DNA of 35,865 nucleotides, taken from Deltaproteobacteria bacterium (GTDB lineage Bacteria; Myxococcota; Myxococcia; Myxococcales; 40CM-4-68-19). This document shows, in pieces, positions 18,958 through 28,466 of the stretch. The stretch is from assembly GCA_025350525.1 (NCBI GenBank), contig JANXXR010000006.1, forward strand, positions 1 to 35,865. Direction: 5' to 3'. The first letter of the stretch is position 1, and every line of letters begins with the position of its first letter. Made by a program: the position numbers and the translations under genes. Under the pieces are notes generated by a model that was not told where the DNA came from, did not search any database, and worked only from the letters and a program-made list of their open reading frames with translations.

Positions 18958-21744
18958 GTGGATCGCCCCGGAGGTCAGCTTGCCGGTGATCGCCGTCCCG
19001 TCGCTGAGGGTGAGGGTGATCGAGCCGCCCCCCACCGCGCTGTCCACCGCCACCAGCGTGAAGGTGACGAGGTGGCCGGCGTTGACACCCGCGCCGGTCA
19101 TGGTCGCGCTGTGGCTGACCGGATCCGAGGAGGCCGAATCCGTCCGCGTCGAGCGGAAGCTGGTGCCGGTGCCGTCGTCGCGGTAGTCGGCCTTCTCGCC
19201 GCCGTCGTTGCAGACGAAGGCGAACTGGCCGTGCTTTCCGTTGCCCTCGTCGGTCTCGCCGGCGCCGTCGTCGTGCTGGTCGCCGCAAGTCAGCGGCACC
19301 GGCCCGACGTTGCCCAGCGTGAAATCGAACGACCGGGTCGCGTCCACGTCGGTGTAGAGGTCGGTGCGGGAGTTGTCCCGGCCAAAGGTGAGCGCGGTCA
19401 CGTTGTAGAGCGTGCTGCCGAGGATGGGGCGGCCCGGACCGAAGCCGTCCAGCGGCACGTCGATGGTGATGATGTCCCCCTGCACGGAGCCCTGGGCGGC
19501 AAACTCGGCCGGGTACTGCACCACCTTGCAGGTGTCGGGGGTGGTGATGACGCAGCCGGTGCCGGGGACCGCGCCCTGCGAGGAGGAGCCGCTGCCCGCG
19601 AAGAAGCTGGGCGGGCCGCCCGCCACCGACTCGGCCCCGAGGTAGAAGATGCGGTACGACTCCTCTCCCTGGTCGCCCCGCGAGAGCGCCTGGAAGCGGG
19701 TCAGCCAGACCGCGTTGGCCTTGCCCGGCGGCGGCGCGAAGCTCGCCAGCTTCTGCAGACCCATCTGCACCCGCAGCGTCTTGAGGTCGGGCTGGCTGAG
19801 CGCGATGCCGGTGAAGTCCAGCTGCGGCTGATTGGCGCCGGGTCCGGTCACCGGCGCGTAGTGCGGCGACTGCGCGTCGCCGGTCGGGTCGAAGGTCGGG
19901 TCTCCCGGCGGCGTCTCGGAGAGGACCCTGCCAGAGGCGGTCGGGCCGGCCAGCTGGCGGGTCTCGAAGAGGTGCGCGCCGTGGTGCTGGCTGGTGGTGT
20001 CGTTGTAGACGATGCGCAGCCTGCCGTCGCGGTCGAGGGTGATGCCGAAGTAGTCGGCCATGGTGCGATCGCCGCCGCTGATGCAGAGCGTGCCGTTGGT
20101 GCAGATCTGGCCGTAGTGCATCGGCTTCTCGGTGAAGCGCGCCTGGGCGAAGGCCGGCGTCGCCGAGAGCGCATTGGTGATGACCGAGGCGTAGCCGTAC
20201 CACTTGTACGCGGTGGCGGCCTGCCGGTTTACCGTCCACGAGGCCATGAGATTTGGATCGAGGCGCTCGGAGGTGCCGTACCAGACGGCCACCAGCGTGC
20301 CGGCGGCGCCCGCCTGCGTCCAGGGCATGATGTTGGTGTTCGCGTCCGGGCCGCCGTTGATGCGGACGATGGGACCCCAGTGCGCCCCCGCGTCGGTCGA
20401 GGCGGTGTAATAGACGTTGTAGTCCTTCCGATCGACCCACACCGCGTAGAGGTTTCCGGCGGCGTCGGTCGAGACCACGGGGAAGAGGTTGCTGACGTTG
20501 CCGCCGGGCGAGGCCGGCGTGTTGACGGTGTGGAAGAGGATGCCGGTGCGCTGGCCAGGGTCCACGTGGCCCACCGAGATGATCACGTGGTCGCCGCCGC
20601 CGCAGGGCAGGTAGAGGTTGCGGCGCACCGGATCGAAGCGCATCTGGCCGCAGGGCGCGCCGGTGTTGACCGTCGTCTGCGGCGCCGCCGTGGCAGGCTG
20701 GTAGACGATGCCGCCCACCGGATCGGCCGGGCCCGTCGAGCCGGGCGTCGAGTAGACGTACGGCCCGGTTTGGAGCTGGCGGAAGGTGAGAAAGACGGTG
20801 TTGTCGGTCGCCGCCGCGGTCAGGCCGTTGTCGACCGCGAGCCACTGCCGGTCGATGGCGGCGTTGGCTCCCCCGAACGGATTCTTGCGAAAGCTGTTGC
20901 CGTGGTCGTTGGAGACGGAGACCCCGATGCCGGTGAGATCCTCGAGGTCGGAGAAGTATGCGTAGCCCTGGTCGTCGACGACGACGTCGGTGTCGCCGCC
21001 GCCCGGGGGCGGGTCGGGCCGCACGCCGACGCTGAGGGGCGTGACGATGTTGAACTGGTCGCCGCGGTCCACCGAGCGGTGGATGAACGACTGGTTGGTG
21101 CTGGCGCCGAACGGCCCCGACTCCCAATAGGCGCCCGAGCTGTCGATGACGCTGAGCGGCTCGCCCTCGGTGCGCTGCGCGTCGACCACTGTCGCCGGAC
21201 CGAAGGCGAGTCCTCCGGTGGTGCGGGGCGGACCCTGCGTCGGGCCGCCGGGGGTCGAGGCGAAGAGGGCCGTCCCGCTGTAGCCTCCCATCACCACGGT
21301 GGCGGGCAGCACGCGGACTTCATACGTGCCCGACGGATTCTTCAGGAACACGCTTTCGGTGCAGGTCCCGCCTGCCGACTTTCCCACCTGCGTCCCCGCC
21401 GCGTCGTAGACGTAGAGGTCGAAGTCGTTGAGCGTGCTCGGGCAGGTGATGTCGATCCGGACCCCGCCGTTGTTGGTGGCCCAGTAGGAGCTGGGGACGT
21501 CCACCGTCAGGTAGTAGTGATCGCAGCGGAGGTTGGCCGGGTCGGCCGCGGGCGGGCAGGCGGCCGGATCGGCGTTGACGCCGACCACGTACGTCTGCCC
21601 GGTCCAACTCGCCGAGGTCGAAGCCGGACCGACGGTGCCGGCAGGCGGTGTCGCAGCCCGGGACGAGAAGGCGGCGAGCAGGGCCGCGACGGCGAGTCCA
21701 GCCGGCGACAGGCGGTGCGAGTGAGTCCACTGAGCGCAGGTCAT
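18949..21744 (-). CDS. Secreted Asp-box (BNR/sialidase-like) beta-propeller protein with PPC-like N-domain and C-terminal beta-domain, 931 aa
   Basis: Signal peptide ending SRA/ATP; NDFDLYVYD PPC-like motif; Asp-boxes SVDRGDQF, SNDHGNSF, STDAGAHW; DRQWLAVD; GGAG RBS. Confidence 0.85.
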   Translation of the reverse strand: MTCAQWTHSHRLSPAGLAVAALLAAFSSRAATPPAGTVGPASTSASWTGQTYVVGVNADPAACPPAADPANLRCDHYYLTVDVPSSYWATNNGGVRIDITCPSTLNDFDLYVYDAAGTQVGKSAGGTCTESVFLKNPSGTYEVRVLPATVVMGGYSGTALFASTPGGPTQGPPRTTGGLAFGPATVVDAQRTEGEPLSVIDSSGAYWESGPFGASTNQSFIHRSVDRGDQFNIVTPLSVGVRPDPPPGGGDTDVVVDDQGYAYFSDLEDLTGIGVSVSNDHGNSFRKNPFGGANAAIDRQWLAVDNGLTAAATDNTVFLTFRQLQTGPYVYSTPGSTGPADPVGGIVYQPATAAPQTTVNTGAPCGQMRFDPVRRNLYLPCGGGDHVIISVGHVDPGQRTGILFHTVNTPASPGGNVSNLFPVVSTDAAGNLYAVWVDRKDYNVYYTASTDAGAHWGPIVRINGGPDANTNIMPWTQAGAAGTLVAVWYGTSERLDPNLMASWTVNRQAATAYKWYGYASVITNALSATPAFAQARFTEKPMHYGQICTNGTLCISGGDRTMADYFGITLDRDGRLRIVYNDTTSQHHGAHLFETRQLAGPTASGRVLSETPPGDPTFDPTGDAQSPHYAPVTGPGANQPQLDFTGIALSQPDLKTLRVQMGLQKLASFAPPPGKANAVWLTRFQALSRGDQGEESYRIFYLGAESVAGGPPSFFAGSGSSSQGAVPGTGCVITTPDTCKVVQYPAEFAAQGSVQGDIITIDVPLDGFGPGRPILGSTLYNVTALTFGRDNSRTDLYTDVDATRSFDFTLGNVGPVPLTCGDQHDDGAGETDEGNGKHGQFAFVCNDGGEKADYRDDGTGTSFRSTRTDSASSDPVSHSATMTGAGVNAGHLVTFTLVAVDSAVGGGSITLTLSDGTAITGKLTSGAIHIR

Positions 21745-21756
21745 GGCGAGCTCCGG

Positions 21757-24639
21757 TTAGCGGGGGTGGATGGAGAGGACGCCGGACACCAGCGGCGCGC
21801 TCTTCTGATAGAGGAAGCCCAGCGGCCCGGTGATGGTCATGGTGAAGGTGCCGACCTGCGTCGCCGTCGGCAGGTTGCAGGCGGTGAACGCGTAGGTGTA
21901 GCCGGGCTGGAGGTTCACGGTGGCGGCGCCGAGCAGGTTCACGCAGGCGCCGTTCGAGTAGGTGACGGCCTGCGAGCCGCCCACGCTCTGCATGGTGAAG
22001 TTGTCGCGGGGCGCGCTGTACTCGACGTTGCTGTTCTCCGGGTGGTTCGGGTCGTCGGAGAAGCTGGCGTGATCGCGGTCGGCAGCGTCCGAGTCGTCGC
22101 CCTCGCCGCTGTCGCCGCCGCCGCTGCCCGGAGGAGCGCCCACCCAAGTGGCGGTGTCGAACCGGTATGTGCCGTTGAGGCGGGTGAGGTCGGAGATGCC
22201 GTCGCCCCCGCCGGTCTGGGCCTGGCCGCGCAGGCCAATAAAAGTCGCGCCGGAGACGATGGCCCCGTGCTTCTGCAGCGCGTTCAGCTTCGCCAGCGCG
22301 ACCTTGACGGTGACCTGCTTGTTGACGAGGTCGAAGGCGCCGAAGTCCGCCGGACCGACGGTGGTGTAGACCATGTGCCCGCCGGAATCGCGCACCGCGG
22401 TTCCGTACGAGAACGTCTGCACTCCCTGCGGGTCGGTCGCGGCCAGCAGGAACCACTGGTCGGCGTGGTCGGAGACGAACGGCCGCGTCGGGTTGGTGGC
22501 GAAGCTCATCCGCCAGGTGCTATCGGGCGGCACCGAGGTCAGCCCCGACAAGCGCATGGTGGCGCTGATCAAGGTCGTCGGCGTGGTGACGTCGCAGCCG
22601 TATTGCACCGAGAGGATGTCCACCGGGCTGTCAGTCGGGGTGACCGCGAGGAGCCCGGCGGCCTGATCGTGCAGCTCGTCGACGACCTGGGGCTGCGTCG
22701 GGTCCGGCGCCGGCGCGCGATCGGTTCCCTGGATCTTCACCTGCGCGCCGGTGTGGAGGCTCAAGCCGCCGGTCTGGTGGGTGACGTACGGGTTCCCCTT
22801 GTAGTCGTTGTGGTCGTCGTCGAAGGTGATGAAGGCGAGGCCCTGCGGGTCGGTCTCCAGCTGGAAGAAGTCGCCCAGGTTGCGGTTGGCCGCGCCGCCG
22901 AATCCGCCCAGGCTGATGTTCGAGCCGTGCACGTAGTGGTCGCTCGCCACCGACTGGTAGAAGGTCGGGTTCTGCGCGGTCGCGTTCAGGCTCTCGGCGA
23001 AGAAGACCTTCCAGTTGGCGGCGTCGTTGTTCTGGCCCTTGCCGTCGTCGGTGTCGGAGACCTCGGTGCCGTACCAGGCCACGGCGATGCTGCCCGGCTT
23101 CTTGCCGGTGGTGATCCAGGGCAAGAGCGAGGTCGAGGGGCTGGCGAGGTTGCTGACCTTCACCGGCTGCGTCCAGGTCTTGCCCTGATCGGAGGAGGAG
23201 GCGAGGTAGATGGCCACGCCGCCGTCCGAATAGGCGACGTAGACGGTGCCGTCGGGCGCCACCTTGCACACGGGAAAGAGCGCCGCGATCGTGGCCGTCT
23301 TTCCCGTGGCGGCGGTGACGGTGTGGAAGTCGGCCGCGGTCGGCCCCAGCGAGCGCACCGTCGGGTGGCCGATGGCGACGTTCAGCTGGTTGGCGCTGGT
23401 CCCCTGCATGCAGAAATAGACGGTGCCGTCGCGCTGATCGACGGTGACCGGGCCGGTGGTGTTGCCGCCCACGGCGGCGAGGACGGGCGGGCCATAGGAG
23501 AAGCCGGCGTCGGTGGAGCGGTTGATCCAGAACTTCGAGGTTGCCACGAGGCCGGTGAAGTCGCGGTAGGCGAGGTAGACGGTGTCGCTGCCGTCGAACT
23601 CCATCCAGTTGCGGTCGTCGAGGGGGCTGGCCGAGTTGCCCGCCGGGTTGCGCTGGTAGCTGTTGGCGCGGTCGAAGGAGCGCTGCGTGGAGATGTTGGC
23701 CGCCACCAGGCTGGAGAGCGCCAGCGCCGGCACGTTGCCGCCGCCCGACGTCTGGGGCAGCGCGAAGCCGACCGCCATGTCCATGTCGCCGCCGCCGTCG
23801 CCCCCCAGCTGGGGGTTCTGCTGGCCGGTGACCGAGTCGGGCATGCCCTTGTACGACGGGTTGAAGGAGTTGCCGCCTCGGTCGATCGAGGCGGTCGCCC
23901 TCCGCAAGAAAGGATCGTAGCTGGCGCTGTTCGGGTTCAGGTCGAAGCGCCAGAGGTCATCGCCGCCGGGCACTCCGCGGATGCCGCCCGCGTAGGCGTT
24001 TCCCTGGAAGTCGACCCGGACGCTCGGCTCGTTGTCGCCGGTCGCGGCGAAGGCCAGGAGCGTGCGGTTGCGGCTGAAGGAGATGCCGACCTTGCTGCCC
24101 GGCACGTAGTTCGCCACCCGCGGCGCGGGTCCGGCCGGAATGGCCTCGAGCGCGGCGGTGCCCGTGTAGGGATCGGAGGTCACCACCGCGAAGTAGATGG
24201 CGCGCACCGCGAAGGTGTCGTTGACGCCGGCCGCGACGACGCGGTCGATGTCGAGCGTGGTCTCCTCGCTGGTCTCGGGAACGCCTCCGCCCTTCGAGGC
24301 CACCAGCGGGCCGGAGACGGAGCCGGTGAAGACGTCCAGATCGTAATCGTTGTACTGGTTCACCCACGCGATCTTGAAGTGGATGCGCTTGCCGGTGTAG
24401 TCGCCCGGCGCGAGGCGCAGCGTGAAGGTGTCGCAGTTGGTACCCTCGATGCAGGTGGTCTCGCCCTGCGGGCTCGCGGCCACCGCGGCGAATCCGTTCC
24501 AGGTCACAGTGGCGCCGGGGCTGAGCGTGCCGCTGGCCGGCGTCGCGGCCCGGGCTTCGCGGTGAAAGGAGGACAAGCCGGCGGTCACCACCAGGGTCAC
24601 TGCCGCGGTCAGCGTCGCGAGCATCAACTTGGTTTTCAT
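21757..24639 (-). CDS. Secreted Asp-box beta-propeller protein, paralog of 18949..21744, 960 aa
   Basis: Signal peptide ending ARA/ATP; NDYDLDVF; Asp-boxes SFDRANSY, STDAGFSY, SSDQGKTW; DRNW; AGGAG RBS overlapping the upstream stop. Confidence 0.85.
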   Translation of the reverse strand: MKTKLMLATLTAAVTLVVTAGLSSFHREARAATPASGTLSPGATVTWNGFAAVAASPQGETTCIEGTNCDTFTLRLAPGDYTGKRIHFKIAWVNQYNDYDLDVFTGSVSGPLVASKGGGVPETSEETTLDIDRVVAAGVNDTFAVRAIYFAVVTSDPYTGTAALEAIPAGPAPRVANYVPGSKVGISFSRNRTLLAFAATGDNEPSVRVDFQGNAYAGGIRGVPGGDDLWRFDLNPNSASYDPFLRRATASIDRGGNSFNPSYKGMPDSVTGQQNPQLGGDGGGDMDMAVGFALPQTSGGGNVPALALSSLVAANISTQRSFDRANSYQRNPAGNSASPLDDRNWMEFDGSDTVYLAYRDFTGLVATSKFWINRSTDAGFSYGPPVLAAVGGNTTGPVTVDQRDGTVYFCMQGTSANQLNVAIGHPTVRSLGPTAADFHTVTAATGKTATIAALFPVCKVAPDGTVYVAYSDGGVAIYLASSSDQGKTWTQPVKVSNLASPSTSLLPWITTGKKPGSIAVAWYGTEVSDTDDGKGQNNDAANWKVFFAESLNATAQNPTFYQSVASDHYVHGSNISLGGFGGAANRNLGDFFQLETDPQGLAFITFDDDHNDYKGNPYVTHQTGGLSLHTGAQVKIQGTDRAPAPDPTQPQVVDELHDQAAGLLAVTPTDSPVDILSVQYGCDVTTPTTLISATMRLSGLTSVPPDSTWRMSFATNPTRPFVSDHADQWFLLAATDPQGVQTFSYGTAVRDSGGHMVYTTVGPADFGAFDLVNKQVTVKVALAKLNALQKHGAIVSGATFIGLRGQAQTGGGDGISDLTRLNGTYRFDTATWVGAPPGSGGGDSGEGDDSDAADRDHASFSDDPNHPENSNVEYSAPRDNFTMQSVGGSQAVTYSNGACVNLLGAATVNLQPGYTYAFTACNLPTATQVGTFTMTITGPLGFLYQKSAPLVSGVLSIHPR

Positions 24640-24649
24640 TGGGTAGCTC

Positions 24650-27535
24650 CTAGAAGTGGAAGGACCAGATGCCGCGGCCGAAGGTCGCGGCGAGGAGGAG
24701 GTTGGGATCGTTCGGGGCGAAGGTCAGGGCCGGCGTGGTGAAGGCGGGAAGGTTCGCGAGGACGCGCCAGGTGCCGCCGTCGAGCGTGCTGGAGATGAAG
24801 ACGCCGAGGTCGGTGCCGACGATCAGCCGGGTGCCGTGGACCACCACCCAGTCGGCCGGCGTGTCGGGCAGGTTGCCGGAGACGTCCACGAAGGTGTTGC
24901 CGCCATCCACCGACTTGAAGACGTGGCCGGTGCCGACGTTCTCCTGGAAGACGGCGCCGGGCGGCAGCCAGTGCGTGCTGTACCCGCCCAGTGCCGCGTA
25001 GACCGTGCGCGGATTCGCGGCGTCCATCCGCACCGAGTTGATGTACCGCCTGGGCAGCCCCGCGGGGTTCGGGATGACGTGCCAGCCGTTGCCGGTGAGC
25101 CGCTGCGCAGGCAGGGCGCCGCCCACGTTGGTGGCGAGCCCGCGACCGAAACGGTGCTGGCTGGTGCCGCTGCAGGGACCGCAATACCCGACGTAGGCGT
25201 TGTCGCCGACCAGGTCCACCGCGGAGAGCCGGTTGTTGGGATCGGCGGTGGTCTTGGTCGCGGCGGCGTCGCCCGGATGGTCGGCGGTGCCGAGGTCGAA
25301 CACCTTGGTCCAGACAAAGCCGGCGCAGGTCTCCTTGGCCGGCGTATTCACCACCGTGCAGGGCTGCGTGTACGCGTCGGTCGTCTCCTGCACGTCGCGC
25401 CCGCCGATGAGCAGGTGGCCAGCGCTGGTCGGATCCTGCTGCAGCGGCGTGGCGAAGAGCGGCGTGGTGAGCGCCGGATCGACGTGCTTCCAGGTGCTGC
25501 CGCCGTCGTTGGTGAGGGCGACCACGCCGCCCGCGTACTCCTCGACGATGTTCTTCGAGTTGTCAGGGTCGATGGCGGTGAAGAAGCCGTCGCCGCCGAA
25601 GATCATCACCTCGTATCCGGTGGGGGTGATCTTCATCTCGCCGTTGTCTTGAAGGCCGGCGACGATGGTGCCGTCCTTGGCGGCGGAGAGGTGGTAGGGC
25701 AAGAGCGTGGCGAGGCCGTCGTTGGCTCCGTTGCCCCAGCGGTCGTTGGAGAAGTCGGCGCCCGCGGCGACGTGCTGGAGGAAGGCGCCGCCGTCGTTGC
25801 CTGCGAGCAGCGTGACCCCGCCGCCCGACGCGTCGGGGACGAAGAGGCCGGCGTGCTGGTCGGGGTGCGTGGTGGTGCCGGGGATGGGCGAGGCGGCGCC
25901 GTTGCACTGGTAGCCCGGCAGCGAGAAGGCACAGGCGTTCCAGTAGCGGGCGATGACCTTCCAGGGAGTCGCCGCGGCGCTGACGCCGTTCTGCGGCTCG
26001 CCGACGAGGGTGTTCTCCCAGATCTCCTCGAGGCCGAAGGCGACACGGGTCGGCGCGTGGGTGAGCGCGTCGGTCGACGTCGGGTCGGCGTCGATCCAGA
26101 GGTTGTACCAGGACTGGACGCCCGGGTCGTAGCCGAGGGCGGCGCCGGCCGGCCCGAGCGAGCTGTTGGTCCCCGGCAGGGTGAGCTGCGACCAGTCCAT
26201 GATCTTGGTCCAGGTCTGGCCGAAGTCCTTGGAGACGTACGCGCCGTCGAGCACGGTGGGCGGGGCGGCAGTGCCGGCCGCGAGGCAGGTGTTGACCTCG
26301 AGGCCGGCCTGCACCTCGTCGAGGCAGCCGGCGATCTTCTGCGCGTCCTGCACGATGGCGTAGACGAGGTTGTGATCCTGGCCCACGCCGTGCGCGACGG
26401 TGAGCGCGGTGCGGCCGACGACGGGCGTGGGGGCGAAGCCGTTCTTCGAAGGGTTGCCGCCCGGGTCGACGAAGCTGAACGTTCCCGGCCTGCCGCTGGC
26501 GGAACGATAGATGCCGTTTTGCGGCGCCTGCTGAAGCGTGGTCGAGAGCGTTCCCTCGGCGTTGCGCATCTTCAGCTGGCCGCCGATCCAGCCGACCGCG
26601 GCGATCACCTGGCCGCCGCCCGCGCCGTTGGCGTCGGCGGGGCGGACCGTCACGTCGGTGACGATGTTGGCGAAGAAGCAGGCGCCGCTGGTGGTGTCGC
26701 CGGCGCAGTTGACCGGGTATCCCGCGGGCGAGGTGGGCAGGGCGACGTTGACGAAGGAGGCGCCGCCGTCGGTCGAGCGGTAGAGGCCCTTGCTGGTGGC
26801 GGCGTAGAGCGTCGCGCCGGTCGCGTCGCTCGGGTCGACGGCGATCCTGAACGAGAGCGCGCCGCTCGGGATCCCGGCGGCGTGGGTCCAGTGGCTCAGG
26901 TCGCGCGTGGTGAAGACGCCCAGACCCGACAGGGACAGGCCGCCGCCCATGGCGTTGTCGCCGGTGCCGGCGATGAGCGTGCCGCCGCCATAGCGGGAGA
27001 AGGCGATGGCGCCGACCACCTGGGTGGGCAGCCGATCGCCCACCGACTGCCAGCTGCCGCCGCCGTTGGTGGATTGCCAGACGCCGCCGCCCGCGACAGA
27101 AGCGAAGTAGCGGCCGGGCCGCGCCGGATCGGCGGCGAAGCCGGTGACGCGCGCCGAGAGCTTCACCCAGCCCAGCGAGCTGACGCCGTCGTTGATGTCG
27201 TTGTAGGCGGGATCATTGGCGTAGAGCGGGGCGTGGCCCACCTGGTGCCAGCCGTTGCCGGCGCCGGTGGCCCCGGTTCCGTCGTCATGATCCATCCCGT
27301 CGCGCTCGGCGATGGCCGACTCCTCCGCCCCTTCGGCGACCTCGTCGTAGGGGGCGGCGTGCTTGGCCACCGCCTCGAACTGGCGCGAGAGCTCCTCGAT
27401 GGGACTCTCGCCCGCGACCCGCCCCTCCCCGGCCTCCCGCTGCGCGCCGGGCCGGTCGGCGCAGAGGACGGCCGCGGCGAGGGACAGGACTGCGAGCCAG
27501 GAGTTCTGCCAACTCAGAGCGCGGAACGGTCGCAT
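24650..27535 (-). CDS. Secreted VPS10/GH74-like Asp-box beta-propeller protein, 961 aa
   Basis: ATG 27535 with AGGAG RBS; hydrophobic signal; at least 6 Asp-boxes (STNGGGSW, STDGGASF, SKDFGQTW, TNDGGSTW, SVDGGNTF, TLDGGTW); HPDQH, GNDGG, GLQDNG, GGDG; C-terminal AATFGRGIW. Confidence 0.88.
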   Translation of the reverse strand: MRPFRALSWQNSWLAVLSLAAAVLCADRPGAQREAGEGRVAGESPIEELSRQFEAVAKHAAPYDEVAEGAEESAIAERDGMDHDDGTGATGAGNGWHQVGHAPLYANDPAYNDINDGVSSLGWVKLSARVTGFAADPARPGRYFASVAGGGVWQSTNGGGSWQSVGDRLPTQVVGAIAFSRYGGGTLIAGTGDNAMGGGLSLSGLGVFTTRDLSHWTHAAGIPSGALSFRIAVDPSDATGATLYAATSKGLYRSTDGGASFVNVALPTSPAGYPVNCAGDTTSGACFFANIVTDVTVRPADANGAGGGQVIAAVGWIGGQLKMRNAEGTLSTTLQQAPQNGIYRSASGRPGTFSFVDPGGNPSKNGFAPTPVVGRTALTVAHGVGQDHNLVYAIVQDAQKIAGCLDEVQAGLEVNTCLAAGTAAPPTVLDGAYVSKDFGQTWTKIMDWSQLTLPGTNSSLGPAGAALGYDPGVQSWYNLWIDADPTSTDALTHAPTRVAFGLEEIWENTLVGEPQNGVSAAATPWKVIARYWNACAFSLPGYQCNGAASPIPGTTTHPDQHAGLFVPDASGGGVTLLAGNDGGAFLQHVAAGADFSNDRWGNGANDGLATLLPYHLSAAKDGTIVAGLQDNGEMKITPTGYEVMIFGGDGFFTAIDPDNSKNIVEEYAGGVVALTNDGGSTWKHVDPALTTPLFATPLQQDPTSAGHLLIGGRDVQETTDAYTQPCTVVNTPAKETCAGFVWTKVFDLGTADHPGDAAATKTTADPNNRLSAVDLVGDNAYVGYCGPCSGTSQHRFGRGLATNVGGALPAQRLTGNGWHVIPNPAGLPRRYINSVRMDAANPRTVYAALGGYSTHWLPPGAVFQENVGTGHVFKSVDGGNTFVDVSGNLPDTPADWVVVHGTRLIVGTDLGVFISSTLDGGTWRVLANLPAFTTPALTFAPNDPNLLLAATFGRGIWSFHF

Positions 27536-27579
27536 GCGGGCTCCTGCGGAAGCGCCAGGGATGGCGCGCAAGGCCCTTC

Positions 27580-27595
27580 AGCAAGGGCGGTGCCA
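27580..27595 (-). promoter_or_regulatory. sigma54 (-24/-12) promoter of the three-propeller operon
   Basis: Minus strand reads TGGCACCGCCCTTGCT, matching TGGCAC-N5-TTGCT, 45 nt upstream of ATG 27535. Confidence 0.85.
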
Positions 27596-27601
27596 GCGGG
27601 G

Positions 27602-27743
27602 GCTGGAGCGGCCACGCTGGGAAGTGCGTCCGCGTCCCTGCGCCGCCGAGAGCAAAAGCTGCGCGTTTGAGCAAGAGCGCCAGCCGGAGAGCAACTCTTG
27701 CTCACTGCGGTCCCTACCGGCACCAGCGTGCGGCCGCTCCAGC
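27602..27743. repeat. Long inverted repeat (REPIN-like) downstream of the RAYT gene
   Basis: gctggagcggccacgctgg (27602-27620) pairs with ccagcgtgcggccgctccagc (27723-27743) with one 2-nt bulge. Confidence 0.65.
27650..27704. promoter_or_regulatory. Candidate enhancer (UAS) array for a sigma54 activator
   Basis: GAGCAA at 27650, 27669 and 27689 (19-20 bp period). The last copy forms the palindrome GAGCAA-ctc-TTGCTC, and TGAGCAAGAG (27668-77) / CTCTTGCTCA (27695-704) is a perfect 10-bp inverted repeat. About 80-135 bp upstream of the predicted start site. Confidence 0.55.
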
Positions 27744-27800
27744 GAGCGGTCCGCGGCTCATCGAGTGGCTCTTCGCCCGGCTGATGTGCTGTGGCGTCGG

Positions 27801-28424
27801 TCAGTCGTTGCGAGACAAAGGCGATCGGTCGTGCGCGGGCCGCCTGGGTCGGGCCCGCCGCCATCCGACGCGCAGGAGCCAGGTGCGCGGCTCAGACAGC
27901 ACCTCGCGCGCCGCCGGCTCCGCCGAGGAGAACGGGTCGCGCCCGGCCGCGGCGAAGTGGTGCGCGGCGTTGCCGAGTACGTAGGCAATGGCGTTGGCCA
28001 GCGCGGTGGGCGAGGTTAGCAGGCGTGCGTGGTAGTGGTCGCCGAAGACCTTCCCGGCGCGGCCCATCATCTTGTTGAGCGCCTTGGCGATGCGGATGCA
28101 AAGCCCCTGCAGCGCCCGCGAGAGCGAGGCGTGGTCGTCGGCCTCGAGGATGAGGTGCAGGTGGTTCCCCTGCACGCTGAACTCGACGAGCCGCACCCCG
28201 AAGCGCCCGCGAGCTTTTTCGAAGCAGCTCCGGATGCGCCGGAAGCTCCGCTTGGAGCGCAAGTTCCAGACGTGATCGCGCATGCCCAGGGTCACGTGCA
28301 CCGGCGTCGCCCGCATGAAGCGCGGCCGGGCGGCGTGCGAGACGCGGTTGCCGCGCGGGCGGCCAGCGCCGTCGCGACGACCGCCGCGGGTGGGGAAGCT
28401 GAGCTGGCTGGAGCGAGCGCGCAT
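27801..28424 (-). mobile_element. REP-associated tyrosine transposase (RAYT; IS200/Y1 HUH family), 207 aa
   Basis: PVHVT, FSVQGNHLHLILE (HUH motif), GKVFGDHYH, AIAYVLGN (catalytic Tyr), DPFSS; N-terminal GGRRDGAGRP. ATG 28424 lies just downstream of a sigma70 promoter. Confidence 0.88.
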
Positions 28425-28437
28425 GAATTCGGGACTA

Positions 28438-28466
28438 ATTGTACGATCGGCGCCGAGGAGAGTCAA
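28438..28466 (-). promoter_or_regulatory. sigma70-type promoter of the RAYT gene
   Basis: Minus strand TTGACT (28466-28461), 17-nt spacer, TACAAT (28443-28438), 13 nt before the ATG; no Shine-Dalgarno. Confidence 0.75.

Noticed and set aside
18958-24741. 1927-aa plus-strand ORF (also 24656..27670 and 29652..32747)
   Set aside because: Antisense shadows of real minus-strand genes, produced by high-GC codon bias. They are Arg/Gly/Val-rich with no motifs.
27801-28424. IS605/IS200 element with TnpB or IscB
   Set aside because: There is no RuvC/zinc-finger partner gene adjacent; this is a stand-alone Y1 protein.
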